Positions 27,829 through 35,625 of a DNA stretch of 55,512 bases are shown in pieces (positions within the stretch are counted from its first letter, which is position 1; each line of letters opens with the position of its first letter). Below the pieces are notes generated by a model, which worked only from the letters and a program-made list of their open reading frames with translations, was not told where the DNA came from and searched no databases. The position numbers and the translations under genes are program-made. This stretch comes from Planctomycetia bacterium (lineage in GTDB: Bacteria > Planctomycetota > Planctomycetia > Pirellulales > Thermoguttaceae): NCBI GenBank assembly GCA_030527705.1, contig JAUNAI010000001.1, positions 1 to 55,512 on the forward strand, given 5' to 3'.

Positions 27829-28014
27829 ATGGCAAGCAAATCAAAAATTGCAAAAGCAAGCAGAACTCCCAAGTTTTCCACCCGCAGCGAAAATCGTTGT
27901 CTTTTGTGTGGAAGACCACGCGCCGTCTATCGTAAATTCGGTGTTTGCCGTATTTGCTTTCGTAAGTTGGCTGACCAGGGCCTCATCCCTGGCGTGAAAA
28001 AGGCGAGTTGGTAA
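27829..28014 (+). CDS. rpsN: 30S ribosomal protein S14, short zinc-binding (type Z) form
   Basis: 61 aa containing [22 protein letters not shown]. Confidence 0.93.
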   Translation: MASKSKIAKASRTPKFSTRSENRCLLCGRPRAVYRKFGVCRICFRKLADQGLIPGVKKASW

Positions 28015-28027
28015 AGGAACGAAAATT

Positions 28028-28423
28028 ATGATGACCGATCCTATCGCCGATATGTTGACACGTATTCGGAACTCAGTGCGAGTTGAAAAGCAGTTTGTGG
28101 ACCTCCCCTACTCCAACTTGAAGAAGAACATCGCGGAAGTGATGAAGCGGGAAGGTTACATTTGGGACTACCAGATTATGGAAGCCCAGCCTGTGAACAT
28201 TATCCGTATTCAGTTGAAATACGGACCGAACGGTGAACGTGTTATTCGGCACATTAAACGAGTTAGTAAGCCTGGTTGCCGTGTTTATTCCAGTGCAGAA
28301 GATCTTAAACCGGTTTTGAACGGTTTGGGCATCTATGTTGTCAGCACGAGCAAAGGTTTATTGAGTGACCGTGAGGCAAAAGCTCAGAAGTACGGCGGCG
28401 AAATCATTTGTGAGATTTGGTAA
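28028..28423 (+). CDS. rpsH: 30S ribosomal protein S8
   Basis: Contains MTDPIADMLTRIRNS. Confidence 0.95.
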   Translation: MMTDPIADMLTRIRNSVRVEKQFVDLPYSNLKKNIAEVMKREGYIWDYQIMEAQPVNIIRIQLKYGPNGERVIRHIKRVSKPGCRVYSSAEDLKPVLNGLGIYVVSTSKGLLSDREAKAQKYGGEIICEIW

Positions 28424-28516
28424 TCGACTGAATCGAGCCGTTTAGGTACGAGCCTCAAGAGGAAATAGCTGGCGGGGCGAGAGTTCCGCCAGATAGATAA
28501 AAGCGAAGGTATATTC

Positions 28517-29056
28517 ATGTCGCGTATTGGAAAAAAACCGATTAGTGTGCCTGCAGGAGTTACGGTTACTGCCGAAGCTTCGAAAGTCACAGTCGAAGGC
28601 CCCAAAGGAAAGTTGGAATTTCCGGTAGCATCCTTCATCACGGTTACAGTCGAAGAAGGTGTAGTTACTGTTGATCGTGCTGATGACGAACGTCAGAGCC
28701 GTGCGTTCCATGGGTTGACCCGTGCCATGATTCAGAACATGGTTATCGGAGTCACCACGGGTTACGAGAAGCGTCTTGAACTGGTTGGTGTAGGTTACAT
28801 CGCCGCGGTTCAGAACAACACGCTTCAGCTCCGCGTTGGTATGGCGAACGAACTTCAGATTCCGATTCCGGAAGGATTGAAAGTTACATGTCCTGACCAG
28901 ACACATGTTCTGATCACTGGTATTGACAAGCAGCAGGTCACGCAGTTTGCGGCCTCTACGAGAGCGAAGCGCCCGGTCGAGCCTTACAAGGGCAAGGGAA
29001 TTCGTTATCAGGGCGAAAATGTCCGCCGCAAGCAGGGTAAAGTTGTTGCGAAATAG
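28517..29056 (+). CDS. rplF: 50S ribosomal protein L6
   Basis: Contains MSRIGKKPISVPAGV.V......V.V.GPKG. Confidence 0.95.
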   Translation: MSRIGKKPISVPAGVTVTAEASKVTVEGPKGKLEFPVASFITVTVEEGVVTVDRADDERQSRAFHGLTRAMIQNMVIGVTTGYEKRLELVGVGYIAAVQNNTLQLRVGMANELQIPIPEGLKVTCPDQTHVLITGIDKQQVTQFAASTRAKRPVEPYKGKGIRYQGENVRRKQGKVVAK

Positions 29057-29139
29057 TTTATTCAGCATCCGTATGTGAAGTCAGCGGTCTGAAAAGGCCG
29101 TTGACATGCTGATACAAGAGTAGAAAAAGAGAAATAGCC

Positions 29140-29532
29140 GTGGAACGTACGAAAATTAATCATAAACAGCGTCAGCGTCGCTGCTGGAGAGTTACGAATC
29201 GTATTAAAGCGAATTCGACGCGTCCTCGTTTGGCGGTATTCCGTAGCCTGAAAAACATCAGTGCTCAGATTATCGATGACAAAACGGGAACGACTTTGGC
29301 CCATGCCAGTTCTCTCGAGAAGGACATTGCGTCTGAATTGAAATATGGTGGAAATGTTGCGGCTGCAACCAAAATTGGTCAGATTATTGCGGAACGTGCG
29401 CTGGCGAATGGCGTAACGTGTGCAACGCTTGACCGTCGTCACTATCGTTATCACGGTCGTGTCGCGGCGCTTGCGGATGCAGCTCGCGCAGCCGGTCTGG
29501 ACCTTGGTGGCAAAGCAGAATCCGCCGAGTAG
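29140..29532 (+). CDS. rplR: 50S ribosomal protein L18
   Basis: GTG start. Contains RPRLAVFRSLKNISAQIIDD...YHGRVAALADAARAAGL. Confidence 0.92.
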   Translation: MERTKINHKQRQRRCWRVTNRIKANSTRPRLAVFRSLKNISAQIIDDKTGTTLAHASSLEKDIASELKYGGNVAAATKIGQIIAERALANGVTCATLDRRHYRYHGRVAALADAARAAGLDLGGKAESAE

Positions 29533-29568
29533 TCGATATAACCTTTTACGACGAGACGAATAAAATCC

Positions 29569-30057
29569 ATGTCAAACGAAATTAGAGAAACAAATGACGG
29601 TATTGTAGAGAAAGTTGTGAAAATTCGACGTTGCGCAGCCGTAGTGAAGGGCGGTCGTCGTTTTAGTTTTGCAGCTTTGGTAGTCGTAGGCGACGAGAAA
29701 GGTCGTGTTGGCTGTGGTTACGGTAAAGCCAACGAAGTTCCGCCTTCCGTCGATAAAGCGGCGAAGGATGGTCGCAGAAGTATGATGAGCGTCACCCTGT
29801 CTGGTACAACGATCCCGCACGAAGTGCATGGTCGTTTTGGTACAGCTCGCGTTGTGCTCGTTCCTGCCCGTCCTGGAACAGGAATTATTGCAGGTGCAGC
29901 GGTACGTGCCGTCTGTGAAGCATGTGGAATTCGTGATATTTTGACAAAGAGTTTTTCATCGAATAACCCGTTGAACCTGGTCAAGGCCACGTTGAATGCG
30001 TTGCAGCAAATCCGTTCCAAAGAAGAGGTCCAGAAACTTCGTGGAGTGAATTTGTAA
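29569..30057 (+). CDS. rpsE: 30S ribosomal protein S5
   Basis: Contains KIRRCAAVVKGGRRFSFAALVVVGD..GRVG.GYGKA.EVP. Confidence 0.95.
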   Translation: MSNEIRETNDGIVEKVVKIRRCAAVVKGGRRFSFAALVVVGDEKGRVGCGYGKANEVPPSVDKAAKDGRRSMMSVTLSGTTIPHEVHGRFGTARVVLVPARPGTGIIAGAAVRAVCEACGIRDILTKSFSSNNPLNLVKATLNALQQIRSKEEVQKLRGVNL

Positions 30058-30069
30058 GGAGGGTTTTCA

Positions 30070-30561
30070 ATGAACTTAAGTAATGTAAACGTCGGAATTC
30101 AGAAGAACAAGAAACCGACTCGTTTGGGTCGTGGTAAAGGTACTGGTCAGGGTAAAACCGCTGGTCGTGGTCATAAAGGTTTTGGAAGCCGTAATGGTTC
30201 CTCGCAGAATGTGAGTTTTGAAGGCGGTCAGATGCCGTTGTTCCGTCGCATTCCGAAACGCGGTTTCAATAACGCTGGTGCTGCGAAAGTTGCGAACATT
30301 AACGTTTGTGACATTGATAAATTGTTCGTGGACGGTGAAGTTGTTTCTCCGGAAACCTTGAAAGCCAAGGGATTGATTAAGTATCGTTATGACATTTTGA
30401 AGGTTCTCGGCGACGGTGAACTGACAAAAAAAGTCAAAGTTCAGGCTCATCGTTTCAGCAAAACGGCCGAAGAGAAAATCAAGGCCGCCGGTTGTGAGAT
30501 GGAAGTTCTTCCGGGCAAAGCTCCGCTCGTGAAGTTCCAGAAAAAAGCGAAGAACGCGTAA
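30070..30561 (+). CDS. rplO: 50S ribosomal protein L15
   Basis: Contains GRGKGTGQGKTAGRGHKG...FEGGQMPL.RRIPKRGF. It starts 12 nt after rpsE, which leaves no room for rpmD. Confidence 0.95.
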   Translation: MNLSNVNVGIQKNKKPTRLGRGKGTGQGKTAGRGHKGFGSRNGSSQNVSFEGGQMPLFRRIPKRGFNNAGAAKVANINVCDIDKLFVDGEVVSPETLKAKGLIKYRYDILKVLGDGELTKKVKVQAHRFSKTAEEKIKAAGCEMEVLPGKAPLVKFQKKAKNA

Positions 30562-30584
30562 TTGCGACTGCTTTTTAATGAACA

Positions 30585-30630
30585 CGGCGTAAGACTGCAC
30601 TTTGGGGTGGTTTTACGCCTTTGTTTTTGT
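30585..30630 (+). terminator. possible terminator or attenuator after rplO
   Basis: Stem GGCGTAA/TTACGCC with a 20-nt loop, followed by TTTGTTTTTGTG. Confidence 0.4.
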
Positions 30631-30836
30631 GTATAAAATAGTTGGAACAGCTTTCGGAAGGTATTGTTTAATTTTTTACCGTTTCATCCCATATTGGCTG
30701 GCGGTTTTGGGAACTTACCCTCTTTAAGCTGGGGTGGTTGAGGCCACTTTTCCCGAAAAAAATGGATTTTTTTTCGTTATTTTGCGCAAAAACGGTTTTT
30801 CACACTCCGCTTCCCCTAGTGGAAAATGGAAAGATG

Positions 30837-30845
30837 TGGTAAAAT
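30837..30845 (+). promoter_or_regulatory. possible extended -10 (TGGTAAAAT) upstream of secY
   Basis: This is the only promoter-like element I could find in the 373-nt rplO-secY gap. I saw no convincing -35. Confidence 0.25.
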
Positions 30846-30934
30846 CCTGATAGAGTTTTTGGATTATATTGTGGTTTCCACAAGATGTATAACGCGCGGA
30901 GTTTTCCGTGCACAGTATAAAGGATGAATCATTC

Positions 30935-32320
30935 ATGTTCGAAAAGATTCGAGTCATCTTTACCATCCCTGAGCTTCGTCGCAAAATCTTTCTGACGCTT
31001 TTGCTTCTGGCAATTTTCCGCGTTGGTTATCAGATTAACTTGCCGATGGTGAACTCTGCTGAAGTGGCTGTTGACGCAGGGAGTGGTGCGAATGATGCGT
31101 TGCAGGCGCTGTTGAACCAGGCTGCGATTTTTAGTGCTTCCGATATTCGTCAGATTACGATTTTCGGTTTGGGTATCATGCCGTACATTTCGGCTTCTAT
31201 TATTTTCCAGCTGTTGGCGAGTGTTTGGGCGCCGTTGGAGAAGTTGCAGAAGGAAGGCGAAAGTGGACGTAAAAAGATTAATGAATACACTCGCTACGCA
31301 ACGATTGGGTTGTGTATTTTCCAGAGTTGGTTCTATCTGTATGCCATGCCGACGATTTTTAATAGCAAGACGATCTTCTTGGAAGGTTTCTGCAGTCCTG
31401 AAACGGGACATCTGTTCCTCCACTGGCAGATTATCGCAGTGTTTATCATGACGTGTGGTACTGCGTTCCTGATGTGGCTGGGCGAGCAGATTGACGCTTA
31501 CGGTATTGGTAATGGTATCAGCCTTTTGATTATGGCTGGTATTTTGGCGCGTATGCCTCTTCCGATTATTAAGTTGTTCAAAGATTTCCACGATGCGGGT
31601 GGTCTGAGTGGCATGAAAATCAGCGGTGGTGAAGCGAGCCTCGTTAATATGATGATGTTGGCGGCGTTGTTCTTCGCGGTTGTGACCGGTGTTGTGTTTA
31701 TCACGTTGGGGCAGCGTCGGATTCCGTCGCAGAGTGCGAAACATGTCCGTGGTCGTCGCGTGATGGGTGGTATGCGTCAGTATTTGCCGATTAAGGTGAA
31801 TCAGGCGGGCGTTATGCCGATTATTTTCGCGAGCTCCTTGCTCATGATTCCGGCGTGGATTTTTAACTCGTTCGCGATGGGAAATACGTTGTTCCATTCG
31901 GCTTGCCGTACGTTGGGTCAGGCGTTTTCGCATGACAGCATGTTTACGTACAACTTCTTCTACATTGGGTTGATTTTCTTCTTCTGCTATTTCTGGACGG
32001 CAATTACGTTCAATCCGAAGGATATGGCGGAAAATTTGAAGAAGAATGGTACGATTATCCGTGGTCATCGCCCGGGTAAACGGACGGCAGATTATCTGGA
32101 AAAGGTTATGATGCACATTACGTACGTCGGTGCCGGATTCCTCGCGGTGGTTGCGATTCTGCCGCACATTCTGTCCAACGCGATGCACATTGATTATAAC
32201 CTCGCGAGCTTCTACGGTGGAACGAGCCTCCTGATCGCGGTCAGTGTGGCGTTCGACCTAGTTCAGAAGATTGACAGCCATCTCGTGATGGTGAATCATA
32301 AAGGACTTTTGGAGAAATAA
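30935..32320 (+). CDS. secY: preprotein translocase subunit SecY
   Basis: Contains MFEKIRVIFTIPELRRKI...IFGLGIMPYISASII. It is multi-pass hydrophobic. ATG 30935 has an AAGGA RBS. Confidence 0.95.
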   Translation: MFEKIRVIFTIPELRRKIFLTLLLLAIFRVGYQINLPMVNSAEVAVDAGSGANDALQALLNQAAIFSASDIRQITIFGLGIMPYISASIIFQLLASVWAPLEKLQKEGESGRKKINEYTRYATIGLCIFQSWFYLYAMPTIFNSKTIFLEGFCSPETGHLFLHWQIIAVFIMTCGTAFLMWLGEQIDAYGIGNGISLLIMAGILARMPLPIIKLFKDFHDAGGLSGMKISGGEASLVNMMMLAALFFAVVTGVVFITLGQRRIPSQSAKHVRGRRVMGGMRQYLPIKVNQAGVMPIIFASSLLMIPAWIFNSFAMGNTLFHSACRTLGQAFSHDSMFTYNFFYIGLIFFFCYFWTAITFNPKDMAENLKKNGTIIRGHRPGKRTADYLEKVMMHITYVGAGFLAVVAILPHILSNAMHIDYNLASFYGGTSLLIAVSVAFDLVQKIDSHLVMVNHKGLLEK

Positions 32321-32460
32321 ATCTCTCTTTAAGTCTTGACACAAAAATCGAATAAACGCTCGTTTCGGCGGTGCGTTTATTCGTTTTCGTATGGAAGTAG
32401 CTCTGGATTTCGGTTCAGAGCTGGAAATTAACCTATTTTGCTAAACACGGAGTATATACC

Positions 32461-33018
32461 ATGCGTTTGGTTTTCATTGGTCCTCCGGGAGCCGGTAAAG
32501 GCACTCAGGCTGAATATCTGATCAAAAAATATCATCCGGCTCATCTTTCCACGGGCGACATGTTGCGTGCGGCGCGTGATGCGGGTACAGAAGTCGGGCT
32601 GAAGGCGAATGAGTACATGTCGAAAGGTGAATTGGTCCCGGACCAGGTCATCGTTGACATTATTAAAGAACGTTTGGCGCAGCCGGACTGTGCGGAAGGT
32701 TTCCTTCTGGACGGTTTTCCGCGTACGATTGCGCAGGCGGAAGCTCTGGATATCATGCTGAAAGAAGCTGGCACGCCGTTGGATGTGGTTCTGGAACTGC
32801 GTGTTCCGGAAGAGGAATTGTTCACGCGTTTGGCGAGCCGCGGACGTGCGGACGATCAGCCGGAAGCGATTCGTACCCGTTTGGTTGGTTACCGGAATCA
32901 AACTTCGCCCTTGCTTGACTATTACACCAAGCAGGGACTGTTACAGACGATTGACGGTCTCGGCGCAATTGAGGATATTTGGTCCCGAATTGAAACGGTT
33001 TTGGATAAAATTGCCTGA
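32461..33018 (+). CDS. adk: adenylate kinase (short, no zinc lid)
   Basis: Contains MRLVFIGPPGAGKGTQA...LLDGFPRT..QA. Confidence 0.95.
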   Translation: MRLVFIGPPGAGKGTQAEYLIKKYHPAHLSTGDMLRAARDAGTEVGLKANEYMSKGELVPDQVIVDIIKERLAQPDCAEGFLLDGFPRTIAQAEALDIMLKEAGTPLDVVLELRVPEEELFTRLASRGRADDQPEAIRTRLVGYRNQTSPLLDYYTKQGLLQTIDGLGAIEDIWSRIETVLDKIA

Positions 33019-33044
33019 GAAAAGCGGCTGTAAGTAACTGCTGA

Positions 33045-33190
33045 TTCGCTGGGAGGCGACGTGTCTCGTGTCGCAAAATTTGCGAAAAATACAACATTTT
33101 AGCCTAAAAATGTCTAAAATCAACGTTTCAAGGCGCCTTATAGCGACGCGAGACGCGTCGCCTCCCACGAGTGTGACTTCATCAGTCACT
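33045..33190 (+). repeat. palindromic intergenic element, family R2, copy 1
   Basis: 24-nt inverted arms GGGAGGCGACGTGTCTCGTGTCGC (33051-33074) and GCGACGCGAGACGCGTCGCCTCCC (33143-33166) match 22/24 and flank a 68-nt A/T-rich core. A related copy lies at 53696-53855. Confidence 0.7.
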
Positions 33191-33205
33191 ACTAAAGGAT
33201 ATAAA

Positions 33206-34006
33206 ATGATTGAATTAAAGACGAAACGTGAAATTCGTTTGATGCGGCGCGCGGGTTATCAGGTTTGGTACGCACATCAATTAATTAAAAACGCTCTGAA
33301 ACCGGGGATGACGTCCCGTGAAGCGAACGAACTGGTTGAGAAATATTATCACTCGAAGAATATTGAGTGTATGTTTAAGGGCGTGCAGCTCCATTCGCGT
33401 CATAAACCGTTTCCGGCGGCGTGTTGCATGTCGCTTAATGAAGAAGTGGTTCACGGATTTCCGAACGATAAACCGTTAGTGGAAGGCGACATTCTGAGCG
33501 TTGACATCGGTTCGCGGATTGCGGGTTGGTGTGGCGATTCGGCTGCAACGTACGCGATTGGCGAGATTTCCGACGAGAAAAAGAAGCTCTTGGCGGTGAC
33601 GAAAGGGACGCTGGATTTAGCGATTTCGCTTTTGTCGGTGAAGAGCCACTGGAACGCGATTGCGAAAGAAATGGAAATTTACGTCGAGGATAACGGTTTC
33701 TCGGTCGTCGATGATTTCGTTGGTCACGGAATTGGGCGCGAAATGCACATGGAACCGCAGGTGGCGAATTATTATTGCCCGCACGCGGATTTCAGGATTC
33801 AGCCGGGGTTGGTGATTGCGATTGAGCCGATGGTGAATGTCGGAACGCATAAAGTTCGCGAGGGTTCGGATGGTTGGGTGCAGCGGACGGCGGACGGAAA
33901 GCCGAGCGCGCATTTTGAGCATACGGTGGCGATAACGGAAAACGGACCGTACGTGCTGACTGCGGCGGACGATGAATATAATAATAAAGCGTTTTTGAAT
34001 TATTAA
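33206..34006 (+). CDS. map: type I methionyl aminopeptidase
   Basis: Contains MIELKTKREIRLMRRAG...HGFP...GWCGDSA.T...HGIGREMH.EPQ...EPM...FEHTV. ATG 33206 has an AAAGGA RBS. The upstream in-frame ORF extension lies in repeat R2. Confidence 0.93.
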   Translation: MIELKTKREIRLMRRAGYQVWYAHQLIKNALKPGMTSREANELVEKYYHSKNIECMFKGVQLHSRHKPFPAACCMSLNEEVVHGFPNDKPLVEGDILSVDIGSRIAGWCGDSAATYAIGEISDEKKKLLAVTKGTLDLAISLLSVKSHWNAIAKEMEIYVEDNGFSVVDDFVGHGIGREMHMEPQVANYYCPHADFRIQPGLVIAIEPMVNVGTHKVREGSDGWVQRTADGKPSAHFEHTVAITENGPYVLTAADDEYNNKAFLNY

Positions 34007-34027
34007 TCATTTTTGTGAGAGTGATGA

Positions 34028-34055
34028 GGGAATCGGTTTTCGGTTCCCTTTTTTT
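34028..34055 (+). terminator. intrinsic terminator after map
   Basis: 8-bp stem GGGAATCG/CGGTTCCC (one G-T pair), 5-nt loop, then T7. Confidence 0.8.
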
Positions 34056-34092
34056 GGGGAATGTGGGAGAAATTGGAAAATAGGAGAGATGT

Positions 34093-35175
34093 ATGAATCG
34101 GCGAGAATTTAACGCGGTGGTTTTGGCGGGGACGGCGAGCACGTTGTGTGGCGGACTATCGGCGCGACGGGTGAATGGAGCGGTTTCGGAAGAAGTGAAG
34201 ATAGAGGAGATGGAGAATGTTTATAAGGAAGTGAAAACGCCGTTTAAATATGGAATTGTTGTGGAGGAGCTCGGTGGACATCTGGTCGATTCACCCGGTA
34301 TTTTTCGGAAAGACGGAACATGGTTCATGAGCTTCATTTCCCAGTCAAAAGGGTGGGGGTATGAGTCATTTCTGGCGAAAAGCGACGATTTACTGAAGTG
34401 GGAGTTTCTCGGTCCACTGATGAGTTTTCGTGAGGAAGGGTGGGACGCGTGGCAGGCGGCGGCGTACCCTGCTCTGGTCGATTGTGCGTGGAGTGGGTCG
34501 TCGGAGATGTTGCCGTTTGAGGGAAAGTATTGGTATACGTATCTTGGCGGAGCGCTGAAAGGGTACGAGACGGAGCCGCTGTCGATTGGGATGGCGTGGA
34601 CAGAGAATCCGACGAAAGTGGGGGAATTGGGACGGTTGGAGAAGCCGGTTTTGAGCGTTTCGGATACGTCAGCGAGGTGGTTCGAGAAGGCGACGCTTTA
34701 TAAAAGTAACGTGATTTGGGACCGGGACAAGACGCTGGGGCATCCGTTTGTGATGTATTATAACGCGAAATGCGACGGTTCGCGGGCGGGCGGAAGACGG
34801 ACGGAACGGATTGGCATGGCGGTTTCGGACGACTTGCTGACTTGGACGCGGTTTGGCGAGGAGCCGGTGATTGATAATGGGACGGGAATTTCGGGCGATC
34901 CGCAGATTGTGAAGATTGGGGATTTGTGGGTGATGTTCTACTTTGGTGCGTTTTGGCGTCCGAAAGCGTTCGACACGTTCGCGGTTTCGCGTGATTTGGT
35001 ACACTGGAAAAAGTGGGAAGGACCAGACTTGATTTCTCCGTCGGAACCGTGGGACGCGACGTACGCGCACAAGCCGTGGGTGGTGAAGTGGGACGGAGTG
35101 GTGTATCATTATTATTGCGCTGTCGGAAACCGTGGGCGAGCGATTGCGTTAGCGACGTCGGAGCCGATAAAGTAA
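34093..35175 (+). CDS. exported five-bladed beta-propeller glycoside-hydrolase-like protein (GH43/GH32/GH130-type fold)
   Basis: 360 aa. The N-terminus is Tat-like (MNRREFNAVVLAG). Repeated W/F-rich blade-like segments are present (DGTWFMSF, GKYWYTYLGG, HPFVMYYNA, GDLWVMFYFG, DGVVYHYYCA). The family call is approximate. Confidence 0.55.
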   Translation: MNRREFNAVVLAGTASTLCGGLSARRVNGAVSEEVKIEEMENVYKEVKTPFKYGIVVEELGGHLVDSPGIFRKDGTWFMSFISQSKGWGYESFLAKSDDLLKWEFLGPLMSFREEGWDAWQAAAYPALVDCAWSGSSEMLPFEGKYWYTYLGGALKGYETEPLSIGMAWTENPTKVGELGRLEKPVLSVSDTSARWFEKATLYKSNVIWDRDKTLGHPFVMYYNAKCDGSRAGGRRTERIGMAVSDDLLTWTRFGEEPVIDNGTGISGDPQIVKIGDLWVMFYFGAFWRPKAFDTFAVSRDLVHWKKWEGPDLISPSEPWDATYAHKPWVVKWDGVVYHYYCAVGNRGRAIALATSEPIK

Positions 35176-35184
35176 AAAAAAGAC

Positions 35185-35345
35185 GCATAAATAAAGCGAC
35201 GTAGTCGCGATTAAAAGGTTTTTTGAAGGGGAATGTGAGGGGGAACAATTTTGCAAAAATGTTCCCCACTCACCACCGTCAATTCTTTACGGGTAGCCGA
35301 TTTCTCCCGATAGGGTGAAATTCGGCGTTGGTGTTTAGAGGATAA
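35185..35345 (+). repeat. intergenic repeat family R1, short form (copy a1)
   Basis: The start module GCGACGTAGTCGCGATTAAAAGGTTTTTTGAAGG joins directly to the right half: GGGGAACAATTTTGCAAAAATGTTCCCC hairpin ... GGGTAGCCGATTTCTCCCGATAGGGTG. It aligns with 47950-47996 plus 48108-48215. Confidence 0.65.
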
Positions 35346-35346
35346 A

Positions 35347-35612
35347 TTCATTATGCAAGATTCCACCCTTTCGGGAGGAACTTACTACCCGTCGCGGGGC
35401 AACGTTCGTGGGAAGAAAACATTTTTTGCAAAAATAGGTTTCTCCCAGCCCCCCACTAAAATGGCTAAATTACCGAATCTCGTTGGGCGGTCCTGCCGCA
35501 AGTCGTTTCGTAACGCGTAACGACGGCGAAGCGAGATTTCAGGTTGCGTCGGGATTAAAAAATCCAAAAAAAACTTTTAATCACAATCTTCGATTGCTTG
35601 CTTTTGGTATTT
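35347..35612 (-). repeat. intergenic repeat family R1, long form (copy a2), inverted and abutting a1
   Basis: The reverse complement aligns along about 250 nt with 47963-48215. Shared blocks include CGTCGTTACGCGTT.CGAAA.GACTTGCG.CAGGACCG and GGTAG.AAGTTCCTCCCGA.AGGGT.GA.CTTG. Confidence 0.7.
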
Positions 35613-35625
35613 CAAGATTTTTTTG

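Noticed and set aside
30724-30984. 86-aa minus-strand ORF in the rplO-secY gap.
   Set aside because: Its 5' end overlaps the secY start region. It has no RBS and an unremarkable composition, so I treat the gap as non-coding.
30929-32188. 419-aa minus-strand ORF.
   Set aside because: It is antisense to secY. Its Arg/His/Asn/Thr-rich composition is junk-like, while secY on the plus strand is fully recognisable.
33068-33205. In-frame 46-codon N-terminal extension of map proposed by the ORF track.
   Set aside because: The extension lies entirely in repeat element R2 (inverted arms 33051-33074 / 33143-33166). The canonical Map N-terminus MIELKTKREI starts at ATG 33206 with its own AAAGGA RBS.
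34334-35269. 311-aa minus-strand ORF, and the 306-aa plus-strand ORF at 38328-39248.
   Set aside because: They are antisense to the glycoside-hydrolase-like gene and to icd respectively. Both have Pro/Ser/Thr/Arg-rich composition and no start signals.
35385-35567. 60-aa minus-strand ORF inside repeat R1 copy a2.
   Set aside because: The equivalent frame in copy c is broken by indels and an early stop, so the repeat is not conserved as coding sequence.
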